Positions 40,556-52,900 of a DNA stretch of 54,367 bases are shown here, piece after piece. Source of the DNA: Enoplolaimus lenunculus. Lineage: Eukaryota. The notes under the pieces were generated by a model. It was not told the origin of the DNA and ran no database searches. It saw only the letters and a list, made by a program, of their open reading frames with translations. The stretch covers positions 434,001 through 488,367 of the forward strand of contig JASANG010003494.1 in assembly GCA_030248215.1 (NCBI GenBank), written 5' to 3'. A program made the translations under genes and the position numbers. The number at the start of each line of letters is the position of its first letter. The stretch's first letter is position 1.

Positions 40556-43500
40556 ATGTTACTGCATATTCTGCTTACGTTTACGATAACGGCCATGTTA
40601 TCGTTATTGATAGTTGTGACTGCAGACGACAGACAGTTTAACATTTATCCTCTCAACAATCTTGAAGATTTCTTTGAATTTGGATATCAACTTAAAACAT
40701 TACGTAAGTCTTTAATTGGTGACTGGTACATGGACCCATACTTTAAGGGGCGTCCAAGTTTCTAGTGCGTCGAGGTACATGCTCCGAGCTGCCCGTTTAA
40801 ATATTTGCATGCTTTTATAAATTCTACAAATATGCATATATACATGTACAAATATTTTTAGACAATACCAACAGATATCTAGAGTTCAGCCCTGGTGACG
40901 CAAAATGTAAGCAAACGGATTTTGGTCCAATGACTATGCCGTACGCACACAAAAATAGGGAACCCACGTGTTAATCGGTTACGGACTGTTAATTATTTTT
41001 AACCCGCCCTTCGACGCCCTTCATTACTGGTATATATCCGGTTTTGCAACTATTCGTTGAATGAAACGTTTATTTGTCTTGTTTCAAAAAGTTGAGTAGT
41101 TTCAAAACCTGAGTATGCTTTAAAGTTTCGAACTCAACTTTTGGTCCTGGAGTCATTTATGCGCTACAGACTACAATTGGGATAATTGACATTTAAGGTC
41201 TCTAATTAGGGTTTAGGGATTCTATCCGCTTACGGACTCTTATTAGGGATACGGACTCCTATTGATTGGGACTCAAAACGGCGACCCTCTCTTATCACCA
41301 CCTCTATTCGGGTCACTATAGTAATTTCAATTATTTAAGTGTTGTTTACAAAATATTGGTCTGAAATTTTTGAGACTTAAAAGGTTGAAATTTAAGACTT
41401 TTTCTAGACATTATACGCCTGTAATTATATTAAAATATAATTACTTTTCGGCCCATGTAAAGACCAGGGGTGGACCGTTTTTCTGTTGGACTTCAATAAA
41501 GTAAGCTTAAGTTTTAAACTAATTTTTTTGCTTGGCTTAGACTTTATGCTTAGGCTTAGGCTTAGGTTTAGGAATATGCTCATTCTTACGCTTGGGCTTA
41601 GGCTTAGGCATAGGCTTAGACTTAGGAATATGCTCATTCTTACACTTACGCTTAGGCTTAGGCTTACGATTAGGATTAGGAATATGCTTATAATCTGTTC
41701 CGCCCCTGTTCTTTACATTGGCCGTTATTTCTATAAACCCCTTTCCCGCGGGGCCAAACTTTTAAATTACAAATATGGGTGTTTGCAAGTCAAAATATCT
41801 ATTTTTACGCTTTCAGTTCTTCAGCATCAACTAAGTGCTTGATAGTTCAACCACAGGGATATCGTGAAGTAAACACTGATACCAGGGTCACAGTCAGGGT
41901 TTTAGTTCGCGGAGCTATATACCGGCAACTGTTTTTTACGAACTAGTGACAATTTTTTTCAGCTCCACATATCCAAAATGTTATTCTAAGCATTTTTGCG
42001 TTCTGTCTCTCATGTTTCTATAGAAATTTTTGGGAGCGGATATACACTGCAAAAAATGATGAATCAAACTGACTCTCTCCGAAATAGGTTCTACGAGACT
42101 ACACAACGTGAGTCAAATTCGACTCTGCTGCAGTCATAAGTTCCACTCACTGAGTCGCTCGTTTAACTCTGGCGAAGTCGAATTTGACTCAGTTTGTGCA
42201 GTCCCGTAGAGCCGATTTTGTTTGTGTAGTCCCGTAGAGCCGATTTGTTTGTGTAGTCCCATAGAGCCGATTTCGGAGACAGTCCATTTGGCGCACCATT
42301 TAGTTGCAGTGAACATCCATTGTATTCGCTTCAAAACACCAAAACATAAAGAACTGCTAGCAAAAAGCAATGAATCTAAACGGTCTGCTATAGTCATTTT
42401 CAATTTATTGCAGCGACATTAAAAAATGCTGAAGAAAAAAGAATTCGAAACAATACAAAATTAAACCTATTAACGCCACGTATTCCATATGGTCAAAAAG
42501 CAAATGCGCAAAAGCCTGTTTTGTTTGTTAATTTCAACGGTAATGGCTGAATATGAAAACTGTTGACGGTCGTTATACTTTCCGCCTGGTTTAATTAGGG
42601 ACGTCCGAAGAAAAGTATATTTAGGGGTGCACCGAATAATTTTGGTATCCCCCTATAATTGCAATTTAAAATTGTTTACTTTTAGACCGAGCCTATTTGG
42701 GGAACACCAGCCAAACTGGGGGGTACGACCACCCAACGCCTCCATGGGGGGACGCCCTTGGCTTTGGATAAAAGGATACTGGGCCTATGTCTAAGCATAA
42801 GCTTCAGCTTTTGCAGCTAATGTACAGATTAGTGCCGTAACGATAGTAACGCGCATTTCTAAGAGCATGCCAAAGCACAATTTTAGGATGCGTCTATAAC
42901 TAAGTCTAAGCATATAAGTGAAAATAAATGTACCCCGAAGTCCAGGGTAACGCAAAAAATAGCACTAAACCGCAGCTCTTGATTGCTGGTTAACACTAAT
43001 CAACTCTATGCGCACTGTGTACTAACGTGAATGGTTCATTTTTGAGGTCTACGAAATCCCTATATCGGGCTGTGATTGGTCCATAGTTTCGCAGCGCATT
43101 TTTATTGGTGTCAGAATTTTGAGCGTCAATCGAATATCTCAATTTTTACCTGCTGTAATGAAAAAAGTTTTGAGGCCCATGTATAGAACAGGGCCGGAAC
43201 AGTAGTATAAGCATATTCCTAAGCCTAAGCCTAAGCCTAAGCCTAAGCATATAGATGAGCCTATTCCTAAGCCTACGCCTAAGTCTAAGCAAAAAAACTA
43301 GTCGAAAGCTTAAACTGACTCTATTATAGCCCCTCCGGAAAACGATTCGGCCCTGTTATATACATGGGCCAGTTTTGATTTGACAACATAAAAAGTAATA
43401 GCCATATTAGCGGTTTGGCTAAAATTGGTGCGGTGGCTACGACATATCTATGAATTTTATTTTCAGGAACTGTATCTTGGTTCCATCCTATATCGGGTCC

Positions 43501-46500
43501 ACCTGAAAACATGAAATGCAAACAAAAGCCAAACCTATCCGTTTTTGCGCCGTTATGGACATCGTTTGTGTCAGATGATCAATGTAAGCGATCCTGTACT
43601 CGGTTGCTGTTCGCGATAAAATTCCGTGTCCGTTATTAATGCTTCCATTGTGGGAGTGGAAACACACCAAACGGACATCCGTTTCTGTTTGATTAAATTG
43701 TAAATTTTTTTTATGCGGAACCGGAAGAGTAGCCGGCTTACGTTGCTAGGAAGGTAGGAAAATAATTTTAAGACCGATATCCGATATGGTTTAAAACTAT
43801 CCTAGGGAAGCAAAGTTATTATTGGGCGGCTGAATCGTTTCTGCTCTCGCTCTGGCGACGGGCCTATATATCAATTGATTGAGTAAATTCAGATATTTCA
43901 AACGTATATACGTACATATTGATGATGCACCGTGCCGCACGCAATTTTGAGGTTATCTTTTGCTAACGCAATAGTTCTTGAATTCCTGGACATAACGGCC
44001 TGTATTCTCAAATGAGTGTAGCACCAATCACCAGTTGGTGATAGGTCTTGTAACTTTCCAACAAGCGAATTGTTAGGTTCAAGATTTGAGCACATTGTTC
44101 ACATTTGATTTGGCCTGCTTTTATACTAATTTTGACACCCGCAATTTCAGACTTCGTCTGTTTGAAAACCTATCGCTAACTGATGATAGATGCTATCACA
44201 TTTGAAAAAGGACATCAGACCTAGTGCAATGATGATGTATTAGTGGCATTTAATTTATGCCAAAATGTGAGGTCAGGTCGCAACACCAACACGACTCCGG
44301 GTATCTGTAGAATACTGAAGCTTTTAAATATGCCGAAGTCGGAACTTTGTGATTTTTAAAGTTAAAATGTTTTTGATTTTGGCTTATATCAGTCATAAGA
44401 AGTAGATTTTGAAACATTAGTCAGTGGAATTAATTTGAAAGTTGTAAATTTTAATTACGACTAATTTTTTTAACAGTGGTTTGCAAAGGATTGCAAATAT
44501 TTGTATGTTCAACATATTTTTGACCTGATGTTGCTTCAACTCCGATTCCGATTTCGGTAAAATTTGCTGCCTTGCGGTTGCGAGTTGTTCGCCTTCGATT
44601 ACTGTTGAATCCGACTGGCCAATGTTCCTTTAAGGTGCGGAACAGTGGATTAAGCGTATTCCTAAGCCTAAGCCTAAGCAAATAAATGTAACATAGAATC
44701 TAAATCGACTCTTTTATGGACCCACCAGAAACCTGTACGCCCCTTAAAGTAACATGGGCTTCCCGACACATGAGTGAAATTTTAAGCTGATCCGATTTAT
44801 GCTTCGTCTATTCAACAAAATGATAATCATCATTTGATTCAAAGACCACAACCTAATAAACAAACAAACAATACAGACGAAGTTTTATTGAATTAGTTTG
44901 GCTTGCGGTGACATCATATTTGGCCTTTAGTCAAATAACTTGTTCCATGCAAATTTTCGTCATTTTTTATTTTAGCTGAAGTCTGGTACCGTGCAACCGC
45001 AGACGTATTCGACACTGCGAAATGTCGAAAGGACGTCCAACAGCGATTCATGGAATCAAATCTCCTGGTTATTGTTGCAACGTGGCATAATATGCTTCCA
45101 GCAAGGTTAAATGATATATATTGAGCGTTCTAAACACCTAGCTATCCCACCTGGTCCTGGTAGCTGGGCTGTCTTAAAAACGCAACGCGCTTGTTGTTCA
45201 AAACAGTGATCCATGTAAAGATCAGGGGCGGAACGTTTTTCTGTGGGACTAGAAAAGAGTAAACTTAAGCTTTAGACTAATTTTTTGTTTGGCTTAGGTT
45301 TAGGCTTGCGCTTAGGAATTTGCTTATAATACTGTTATGCCCATGTTCTTTACATTAGCCAAAACAGTTTAACTCCTTCTCACATTGAGTTGAATATGGG
45401 CAACTAATCGCAGTGTACATACGCTAAATAATATATATCGCGCAATGTTCAACAATTGCAACACGTATACATAGTACTAAATTACCACAAGACGTGAGAG
45501 CCTCCTCGGGCTCGAGCGTCAAGCTCCTATCGCTGAGTGGTAATGGTAAACGCCTCGCACTCCGGTCACTGGAGTTCGAATCCTAGCATATAAGTATGTC
45601 TCAGATGAAAGAGAAAATATTCATGTGATAAAGGGTTAAGCGAAAAAATTTTCATTTTACTATCTATAAACAATTATTACACTAAAAATAAACCTTTCAA
45701 GCAATTGCAATAAAAATCTGTTTTATCTCTAAATTCTTGACATCAAATTTAGTTTTCGTCAAAAATATACTGATCCAACTGTCTTGAAGAACAATTGACG
45801 TTTCGTACGAATCAATTGCCAACTTGAACGAATAGGTGTTCAGAGCATACATATCTTAGCATTACCCATTGCTGTCGGGATTAACTAACGAAATTGTCGC
45901 GATTAAACATACACTGTAAATTTCAGTGAGTTCATTTTAACTCAGAATGAGGCGAATACACTCTGAAACACTGAGCACTGAATTAGGGTTTTCAGAACGT
46001 CAGAATTCTGAATTGATTGAACTCATTCTAATTTATCAACTCACCCGGAATTAAATCAGCTCAGAATGGGTTAATATTTACTGTTATTAACTCAGAAATG
46101 ACCAAAAATAACTAATTCTGTCGGTGCGTTGATTAATCAACTCATCAGCAGAATTTTTACAGTGTATGGGGTTGGGATTGCATAAATTGAAATTTCACTA
46201 TTTTTATGCGAGAACGAAAGTTTGAGGCACAAAAAACAGGAAAATATGCTTCAGCAAATATAAAAACATCCCTCCGTGAAACTGTTTCAGACTGTAAATG
46301 AACAGATTTTCATTAAAATGAACACAAAATATTGCTCCCGTGTTTAAAAATTTCGCCATTGTAAAGATCAGTGGCGCAACGTTTTTCTGTGGGACTAGAA
46401 AAAAGTAACCTTAAGATCTAGACTGTTTTTTGCTTGGGTTAGGCTTAGGTTTACGCTTAGCCTTAGGAATATGCTCATTCTTACGCTTAGGCTTAGGCTT

Positions 46501-46969
46501 AGGTTTAGGCTTACGCTTAGGCTTAGGTTTAGGCTTACGCTTAGGCTTAGGAATATGCTTATAATACACGTTCCGCGCCTATTCTTTACATTGGCCAAAA
46601 ATTAAACATTTTTCTATTTCAGTTTTCAATACAGAAATGCCACAGTACCGCGAATATCGTTTCAACTTGCAATATGCGCAGGCGATTACAAAACTTTCCT
46701 CATATTTAATTATTTACTTCCTGAGGGGTCCGGCCTCTTTGACAAAAATTTTCCGGATCAATTTTGGGCCGGACTCGCGTTTCAAATAGGAGGAAAACGT
46801 CAGTTTGTTAAATTTTTCGAACGATGCGAGCTGGATGTTGTTGGAAATATTCTCAGCCGATACGGCGCTCAACGAGTGGTCGTACGTCTTGAAGACCACG
46901 GTTATGCTGAAGGCGGTGTAATCGAGGTTGAACCGTTTGGTCACGGTAGCGAAACAGGATTGACTGATC
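40556..46969 (+). CDS. Secreted/extracellular NIDO-domain protein, 5' part; join(40556..40703,40862..40906,42414..42539,43467..43583,44976..45105,46623(or 46635)..46969), continues beyond the window
   Basis: Signal peptide MLLHILLTFTITAMLSLLIVVTA. Phase-consistent exons give LFVNFNGTVSW, VFAPLWTSF, EVWYRAT, VIVATWHNM, SFQLAICAGDYKTFLIFNY and FWAGL, the ordered motif series of NIDO domains (NG.ISF, IAPFW, VYYR, IATW, FQ.VL..DG..SF.IFNY, AGF). The last exon ends at GTAAGT (46970). Confidence 0.78.
41450..41723. mobile_element. Telomeric-repeat MITE subfamily B with internal duplication (NIDO gene intron)
   Basis: ggcccatgtaaagaccagggg...gcccctgttctttacattggcc; the aggaatatgctcattcttac block is repeated between TTAGGC runs. 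Confidence 0.85.
42045..42311. mobile_element. CACTG-family MITE (NIDO gene intron)
   Basis: cactgcaaaaaatgatgaatcaaa...ttgcagtg; short internal gtagtcccgtagagccgattt repeats. Confidence 0.8.
43174..43370. mobile_element. Telomeric-repeat MITE subfamily A, 8-bp TSD AGTTTTGA (NIDO gene intron)
   Basis: GGCCCATGTATAGAACAGGGCCG...CGGCCCTGTTATATACATGGGCC with (GCCTAA)n inside; perfect TSD. Confidence 0.92.
44617..44760. mobile_element. Telomeric-repeat MITE subfamily C
   Basis: ggccaatgttcctttaagg...cccttaaagtaacatgggct, similar to 17629-17807. Confidence 0.75.
45208..45360. mobile_element. Telomeric-repeat MITE subfamily B, 8-bp TSD AAAACAGT
   Basis: gatccatgtaaagatcaggggcgg...tctttacattagcc; aaaacagt on both sides. 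Confidence 0.85.
45373..45635 (+). mobile_element. piggyBac-like MITE, second copy in the opposite orientation
   Basis: TTAA|ctccttctcacat...atgtgataaaggg|TTAA; internal tcgctgagtggt...ggagttcgaatcctagca. Confidence 0.8.
45912..46164. mobile_element. Second CACTG-ended MITE family (TA flanks)
   Basis: cactgtaaatttc...gaatttttacagtg with repeated aactca motifs. Confidence 0.65.
46354..46596. mobile_element. Telomeric-repeat MITE subfamily B
   Basis: cgccattgtaaagatcag...tctttacattggcc with an expanded TTAGGC/TTACGC/TTAGGT tract; flanks aaaaattt/aaaaatta. Confidence 0.85.
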
Positions 46970-46989
46970 GTAAGTTTTGCCTCGTCACG

Positions 46990-49900
46990 CGACATTTTGC
47001 GTCCAAACTCAGCAGTTGATTGTGAGGCGGCGTGTCTCAGTGGTGAAAGGCTGGCCAAGTATTGTTTGACCATGGTCCATGGATCAAGATCTCATGAGAA
47101 CGTCCCTCATTGTCAACTGCAAACACTTAATCGACATTTCGCGTCCAAACTCAGCAGTTGATTGTGAGGCGGCGTGTGTCAGTGGTGAAAGGCTGGCCAA
47201 GTATTGTTTGACCATGGTCCATGGATCAAGATCTCATGAGAACGTCCTTCATTGTCAACTGCAAACACTTAATCGACATTTTGCGTCCAAACTCAGCAGT
47301 TGATTGTGAGGCGGCGTGTGTCAGTGATGAAAGGCTGGCCAAGTATTGTTTGCCCATGGTCCATGGATCAAGATCTCATGAGAACGTCCCTCATTGTCAA
47401 CTGCAAACACTTAATCGACATTTTGCGTCCAAACTCAGCAGTTGATTGTGAGGCGGCGGGGCTCAGTGGTGAAAGGCTGGCCAAGTATTGTTTGACCATG
47501 GTCCATGGATCAAGATCTCATGAGAACGTCCCTCATTGTCAACTGCAAACACTTAATCGACATTTTGCGTCCAAACTCAGCAGTTGATTGTGAGGCGGCG
47601 TGTGTCAGTGGTGAAAGGCTGGCCAAGTATTGTTTGACCATGGTCCATGGATCAAGATCTCATGAGAACGTCCTTCATTGTCAACTGCAAACACTTAATC
47701 GACATTTTGCGTCCAAACTCAGCAGTTGATTGTGAGGCGGCGTGTGTCAGTGGTGAAAGGCTGCCAAGTATTGTTTGCCCATGGTCCATGGATCAAGATC
47801 TCATGAGAACGTCCCTCATTGTCAACTGCAAACACTTAATCGACATTTTGCGTCCAAACTCAGCAGTTGATTGTGAGGCGGCGTGTGTCAGTGGTGAAAG
47901 GCTGGCCAAGTATTGTTTGACCATGGTCCATGGATCAAGATCTCATGAGAACGTCCCTCATTGTCAACTGCAAACACTTAATCGACATTTTGCGTCCAAA
48001 CTCAGCAGTTGATTGTGAGGCGGCGTGTCTCAGTGGTGAAAGGCTGGCCAAGTATTGTTTGACCATGGTCCATGGATCAAGATCTCATGAGAACGTCCCT
48101 CATTGTCAACTGCAAACACTTAATCGACATTTTGCGTCCAAACTCAGCAGTTGATTGTGAGGCGGCGTGTGTCAGTGGTGAAAGGCTGGCCAAGTATTGT
48201 TTGACCATGGTCCATGGATCAAGATCTCATGAGAACGTCCCTCATTGTCAACTGCAAACACTTAATCGACATTTTGCGTATAAACTCAGCAGTTGATTGT
48301 GAGGCGGCGTGTGTCAGTGGTGAAAGGCTGGCCAAGTATTGTTTGACCATGGTCCATGGATCAAGATCTCATGAGAACGTCCCTCATTGTCAACTGCAAA
48401 CACTTAATCGACATTTTGCGTATAAACTCAGCAGTTGATTGTGAGGCGGCGTGTGTCAGTGGTGAAAGGCTGGCCAAGTATTGTTTGACCATGGTCCATG
48501 GATCAAGATCTCATGAGAACGTCCCTCATTGTCAACTGCAAACACTTAATCGACATTTTGCGTCCAAACTCAGCAGTTGATTGTGAGGCGGCGTGTGTCA
48601 GTGGTGAAAGGCTGGCCAAGTATTGTTTGACCATGGTCCATGGATCAAGATCTCATGAGAACGTCCCTCATTGTCAACTGCAAACACTTAATCGACATTT
48701 TGCGTCCAAACTCAGCAGTTGATTGTGAGGCGGCGGGGCTCAGTGGTGAAAGGCTGGCCAAGTATTGTTTGACCATGGTCCATGGATCAAGATCTCATGA
48801 GAACGTCCCTCATTGTCAACTGCAAACACTTAATCGACATTTTGCGTCCAAACTCAGCAGTTGATTGTGAGGCGGCGTGTGTCAGTGGTGAAAGGCTGGC
48901 CAAGTATTGTTTGACCATGGTCCATGGATCAAGATCTCATGAGAACGTCCTTCATTGTCAACTGCAAACACTTAATCGACATTTTGCGTCCAAACTCAGC
49001 AGTTGATTGTGAGGCGGCGTGTGTCAGTGGTGAAAGGCTGGCCAAGTATTGTTTGCCCATGGTCCATGGATCAAGATCTCATGAGAACGTCCCTCATTGT
49101 CAACTGCAAACACTTAATCGACATTTTGCGTATAAACTCAGCAGTTGATTGTGAGGCGGCGTGTGTCAGTGGTGAAAGGCTGGCCAAGTATTGTTTGACC
49201 ATGGTCCATGGATCAAGATCTCATGAGAACGTCCCTCATTGTCAACTGCAAACACTTAATCGACATTTTGCGTCCAAACTCAGCAGTTGATTGTGAGGCG
49301 GCGTGGCTCAGTGGTGAAAGGCTGGCCAAGTATTGTTTGACCATGGTCCATGGATCAAGATCTCATGAGAACGTCCCTCATTGTCAACTGCAAACACTTA
49401 ATCGACATTTTGCGTCCAAACTCAGCAGTTGATTGTGAGGCGGCGTGTGTCAGTGGTGAAAGGCTGGCCAAGTATTGTTTGACCATGGTCCATGGATCAA
49501 GATCTCATGAGAACGTCCCTCATTGTCAACTGCAAACACTTAATCGACATTTTGCGTCCAAACTCAGCAGTTGATTGTGAGGCGGCGTGTGTCAGTGGTG
49601 AAAGGCTGGCCAAGTATTGTTTGCCCATGGTCCATGGATCAAGATCTCATGAGAACGTCCCTCATTGTCAACTGCAAACACTTAATCGACATTTTGCGTC
49701 CAAACTCAGCAGTTGATTGTGAGGCGGCGGGGCTCAGTGGTGAAAGGCTGGCCAAGTATTGTTTGACCATGGTCCATGGATCAAGATCTCATGAGAACGT
49801 CCCTCATTGTCAACTGCAAACACTTAATCGACATTTTGCGTCCAAACTCAGCAGTTGATTGTGAGGCGGCGTGTGTCAGTGGTGAAAGGCTGGCCAAGTA

Positions 49901-52900
49901 TTGTTTGACCATGGTCCATGGATCAAGATCTCATGAGAACGTCCCTCATTGTCAACTGCAAACACTTAATCGACATTTTGCGTCCAAACTCAGCAGTTGA
50001 TTGTGAGGCGGCGTGTGTCAGTGGTGAAAGGCTGGCCAAGTATTGTTTGACCATGGTCCATGGATCAAGATCTCATGAGAACGTCCCTCATTGTCAACTG
50101 CAAACACTTAATCGACATTTTGCGTATAAACTCAGCAGTTGATTGTGAGGCGGCGTGTGTCAGTGGTGAAAGGCTGGCCAAGTATTGTTTGACCATGGTC
50201 CATGGATCAAGATCTCATGAGAACGTCCCTCATTGTCAACTGCAAACACTTAATCGACATTTTGCGTCCAAACTCAGCAGTTGATTGTGAGGCGGCGTGT
50301 GTCAGTGGTGAAAGGCTGGCCAAGTATTGTTTGCCCATGGTCCATGGATCAAGATCTCATGAGAACGTCCCTCATTGTCAACTGCAAACACTTAATCGAC
50401 ATTTTGCGTCCAAACTCAGCAGTTGATTGTGAGGCGGCGGGGCTCAGTGGTGAAAGGCTGGCCAAGTATTGTTTGACCATGGTCCATGGATCAAGATCTC
50501 ATGAGAACGTCCCTCATTGTCAACTGCAAACACTTAATCGACATTTTGCGTCCAAACTCAGCAGTTGATTGTGAGGCGGCGTGTGTCAGTGGTGAAAGGC
50601 TGGCCAAGTATTGTTTGACCATGGTCCATGGATCAAGATCTCATGAGAACGTCCTTCATTGTCAACTGCAAACACTTAATCGACATTTTGCGTCCAAACT
50701 CAGCAGTTGATTGTGAGGCGGCGTGTGTCAGTGGTGAAAGGCTGGCCAAGTATTGTTTGCCCATGGTCCATGGATCAAGATCTCATGAGAACGTCCCTCA
50801 TTGTCAACTGCAAACACTTAATCGACATTTTGCGTATAAACTCAGCAGTTGATTGTGAGGCGGCGTGTGTCAGTGGTGAAAGGCTGGCCAAGTATTGTTT
50901 GACCATGGTCCATGGATCAAGATCTCATGAGAACGTCCCTCATTGTCAACTGCAAACACTTAATCGACATTTTGCGTCCAAACTCAGCAGTTGATTGTGA
51001 GGCGGCGTGTCTCAGTGGTGAAAGGCTGGCCAAGTATTGTTTGACCATGGTCCATGGATCAAGATCTCATGAGAACGTCCCTCATTGTCAACTGCAAACA
51101 CTTAATCGACATTTTGCGTCCAAACTCAGCAGTTGATTGTGAGGCGGCGTGTGTCAGTGGTGAAAGGCTGGCCAAGTATTGTTTGCCCATGGTCCATGGA
51201 TCAAGATCTCATGAGAACGTCCCTCATTGTCAACTGCAAACACTTAATCGACATTTTGCGTATAAACTCAGCAGTTGATTGTGAGGCGGCGTGTGTCAGT
51301 GGTGAAAGGCTGGCCAAGTATTGTTTGACCATGGTCCATGGATCAAGATCTCATGAGAACGTCCCTCATTGTCAACTGCAAACACTTAATCGACATTTTG
51401 CGTCCAAACTCAGCAGTTGATTGTGAGGCGGCGGGGCTCAGTGGTGAAAGGCTGGCCAAGTATTGTTTGACCATGGTCCATGGATCAAGATCTCATGAGA
51501 ACGTCCCTCATTGTCAACTGCAAACACTTAATCGACATTTTGCGTCCAAACTCAGCAGTTGATTGTGAGGCGGCGTGTGTCAGTGGTGAAAGGCTGGCCA
51601 AGTATTGTTTGACCATGGTCCATGGATCAAGATCTCATGAGAACGTCCCTCATTGTCAACTGCAAACACTTAATCGACATTTTGCGTATAAACTCAGCAG
51701 TTGATTGTGAGGCGGCGTGTGTCAGTGGTGAAAGGCTGGCCAAGTATTGTTTGACCATGGTCCATGGATCAAGATCTCATGAGAACGTCCCTCATTGTCA
51801 ACTGCAAACACTTAATCGACATTTTGCGTATAAACTCAGCAGTTGATTGTGAGGCGGCGTGTGTCAGTGGTGAAAGGCTGGCCAAGTATTGTTTGACCAT
51901 GGTCCATGGATCAAGATCTCATGAGAACGTCCCTCATTGTCAACTGCAAACACTTAATCGACATTTTGCGTCCAAACTCAGCAGTTGATTGTGAGGCGGC
52001 GTGTGTCAGTGGTGAAAGGCTGGCCAAGTATTGTTTGACCATGGTCCATGGATCAAGATCTCATGAGAACGTCCCTCATTGTCAACTGCAAACACTTAAT
52101 CGACATTTTGCGTCCAAACTCAGCAGTTGATTGTGAGGCGGCGGGGCTCAGTGGTGAAAGGCTGGCCAAGTATTGTTTGACCATGGTCCATGGATCAAGA
52201 TCTCATGAGAACGTCCCTCATTGTCAACTGCAAACACTTAATCGACATTTTGCGTCCAAACTCAGCAGTTGATTGTGAGGCGGCGTGTGTCAGTGGTGAA
52301 AGGCTGGCCAAGTATTGTTTGACCATGGTCCATGGATCAAGATCTCATGAGAACGTCCTTCATTGTCAACTGCAAACACTTAATCGACATTTTGCGTCCA
52401 AACTCAGCAGTTGATTGTGAGGCGGCGTGTGTCAGTGGTGAAAGGCTGGCCAAGTATTGTTTGCCCATGGTCCATGGATCAAGATCTCATGAGAACGTCC
52501 CTCATTGTCAACTGCAAACACTTAATCGACATTTTGCGTATAAACTCAGCAGTTGATTGTGAGGCGGCGTGTGTCAGTGGTGAAAGGCTGGCCAAGTATT
52601 GTTTGACCATGGTCCATGGATCAAGATCTCATGAGAACGTCCCTCATTGTCAACTGCAAACACTTAATCGACATTTTGCGTCCAAACTCAGCAGTTGATT
52701 GTGAGGCGGCGGGGCTCAGTGGTGAAAGGCTGGCCAAGTATTGTTTGACCATGGTCCATGGATCAAGATCTCATGAGAACGTCCCTCATTGTCAACTGCA
52801 AACACTTAATCGACATTTTGCGTCCAAACTCAGCAGTTGATTGTGAGGCGGCGTGTGTCAGTGGTGAAAGGCTGGCCAAGTATTGTTTGCCCATGGTCCA

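Noticed and set aside
41825..41868. Possible extra small exon of the NIDO gene
   Set aside because: Its 3' phase is incompatible with the next exon; exon 2 joins 42414 directly in frame.
15956..46598. ORFs with LRLRLR/LSLSLS runs (15888, 15956, 19269, 41425, 41486, 46395 etc.) and true chromosome-end telomeres
   Set aside because: These are translations of short degenerate TTAGGC tracts bounded by TIRs and TSDs, so they are internal MITEs rather than proteins or chromosome ends.
46714..47073. 119-aa minus-strand ORF
   Set aside because: Antisense shadow of the + strand NIDO exon, starting inside the satellite.
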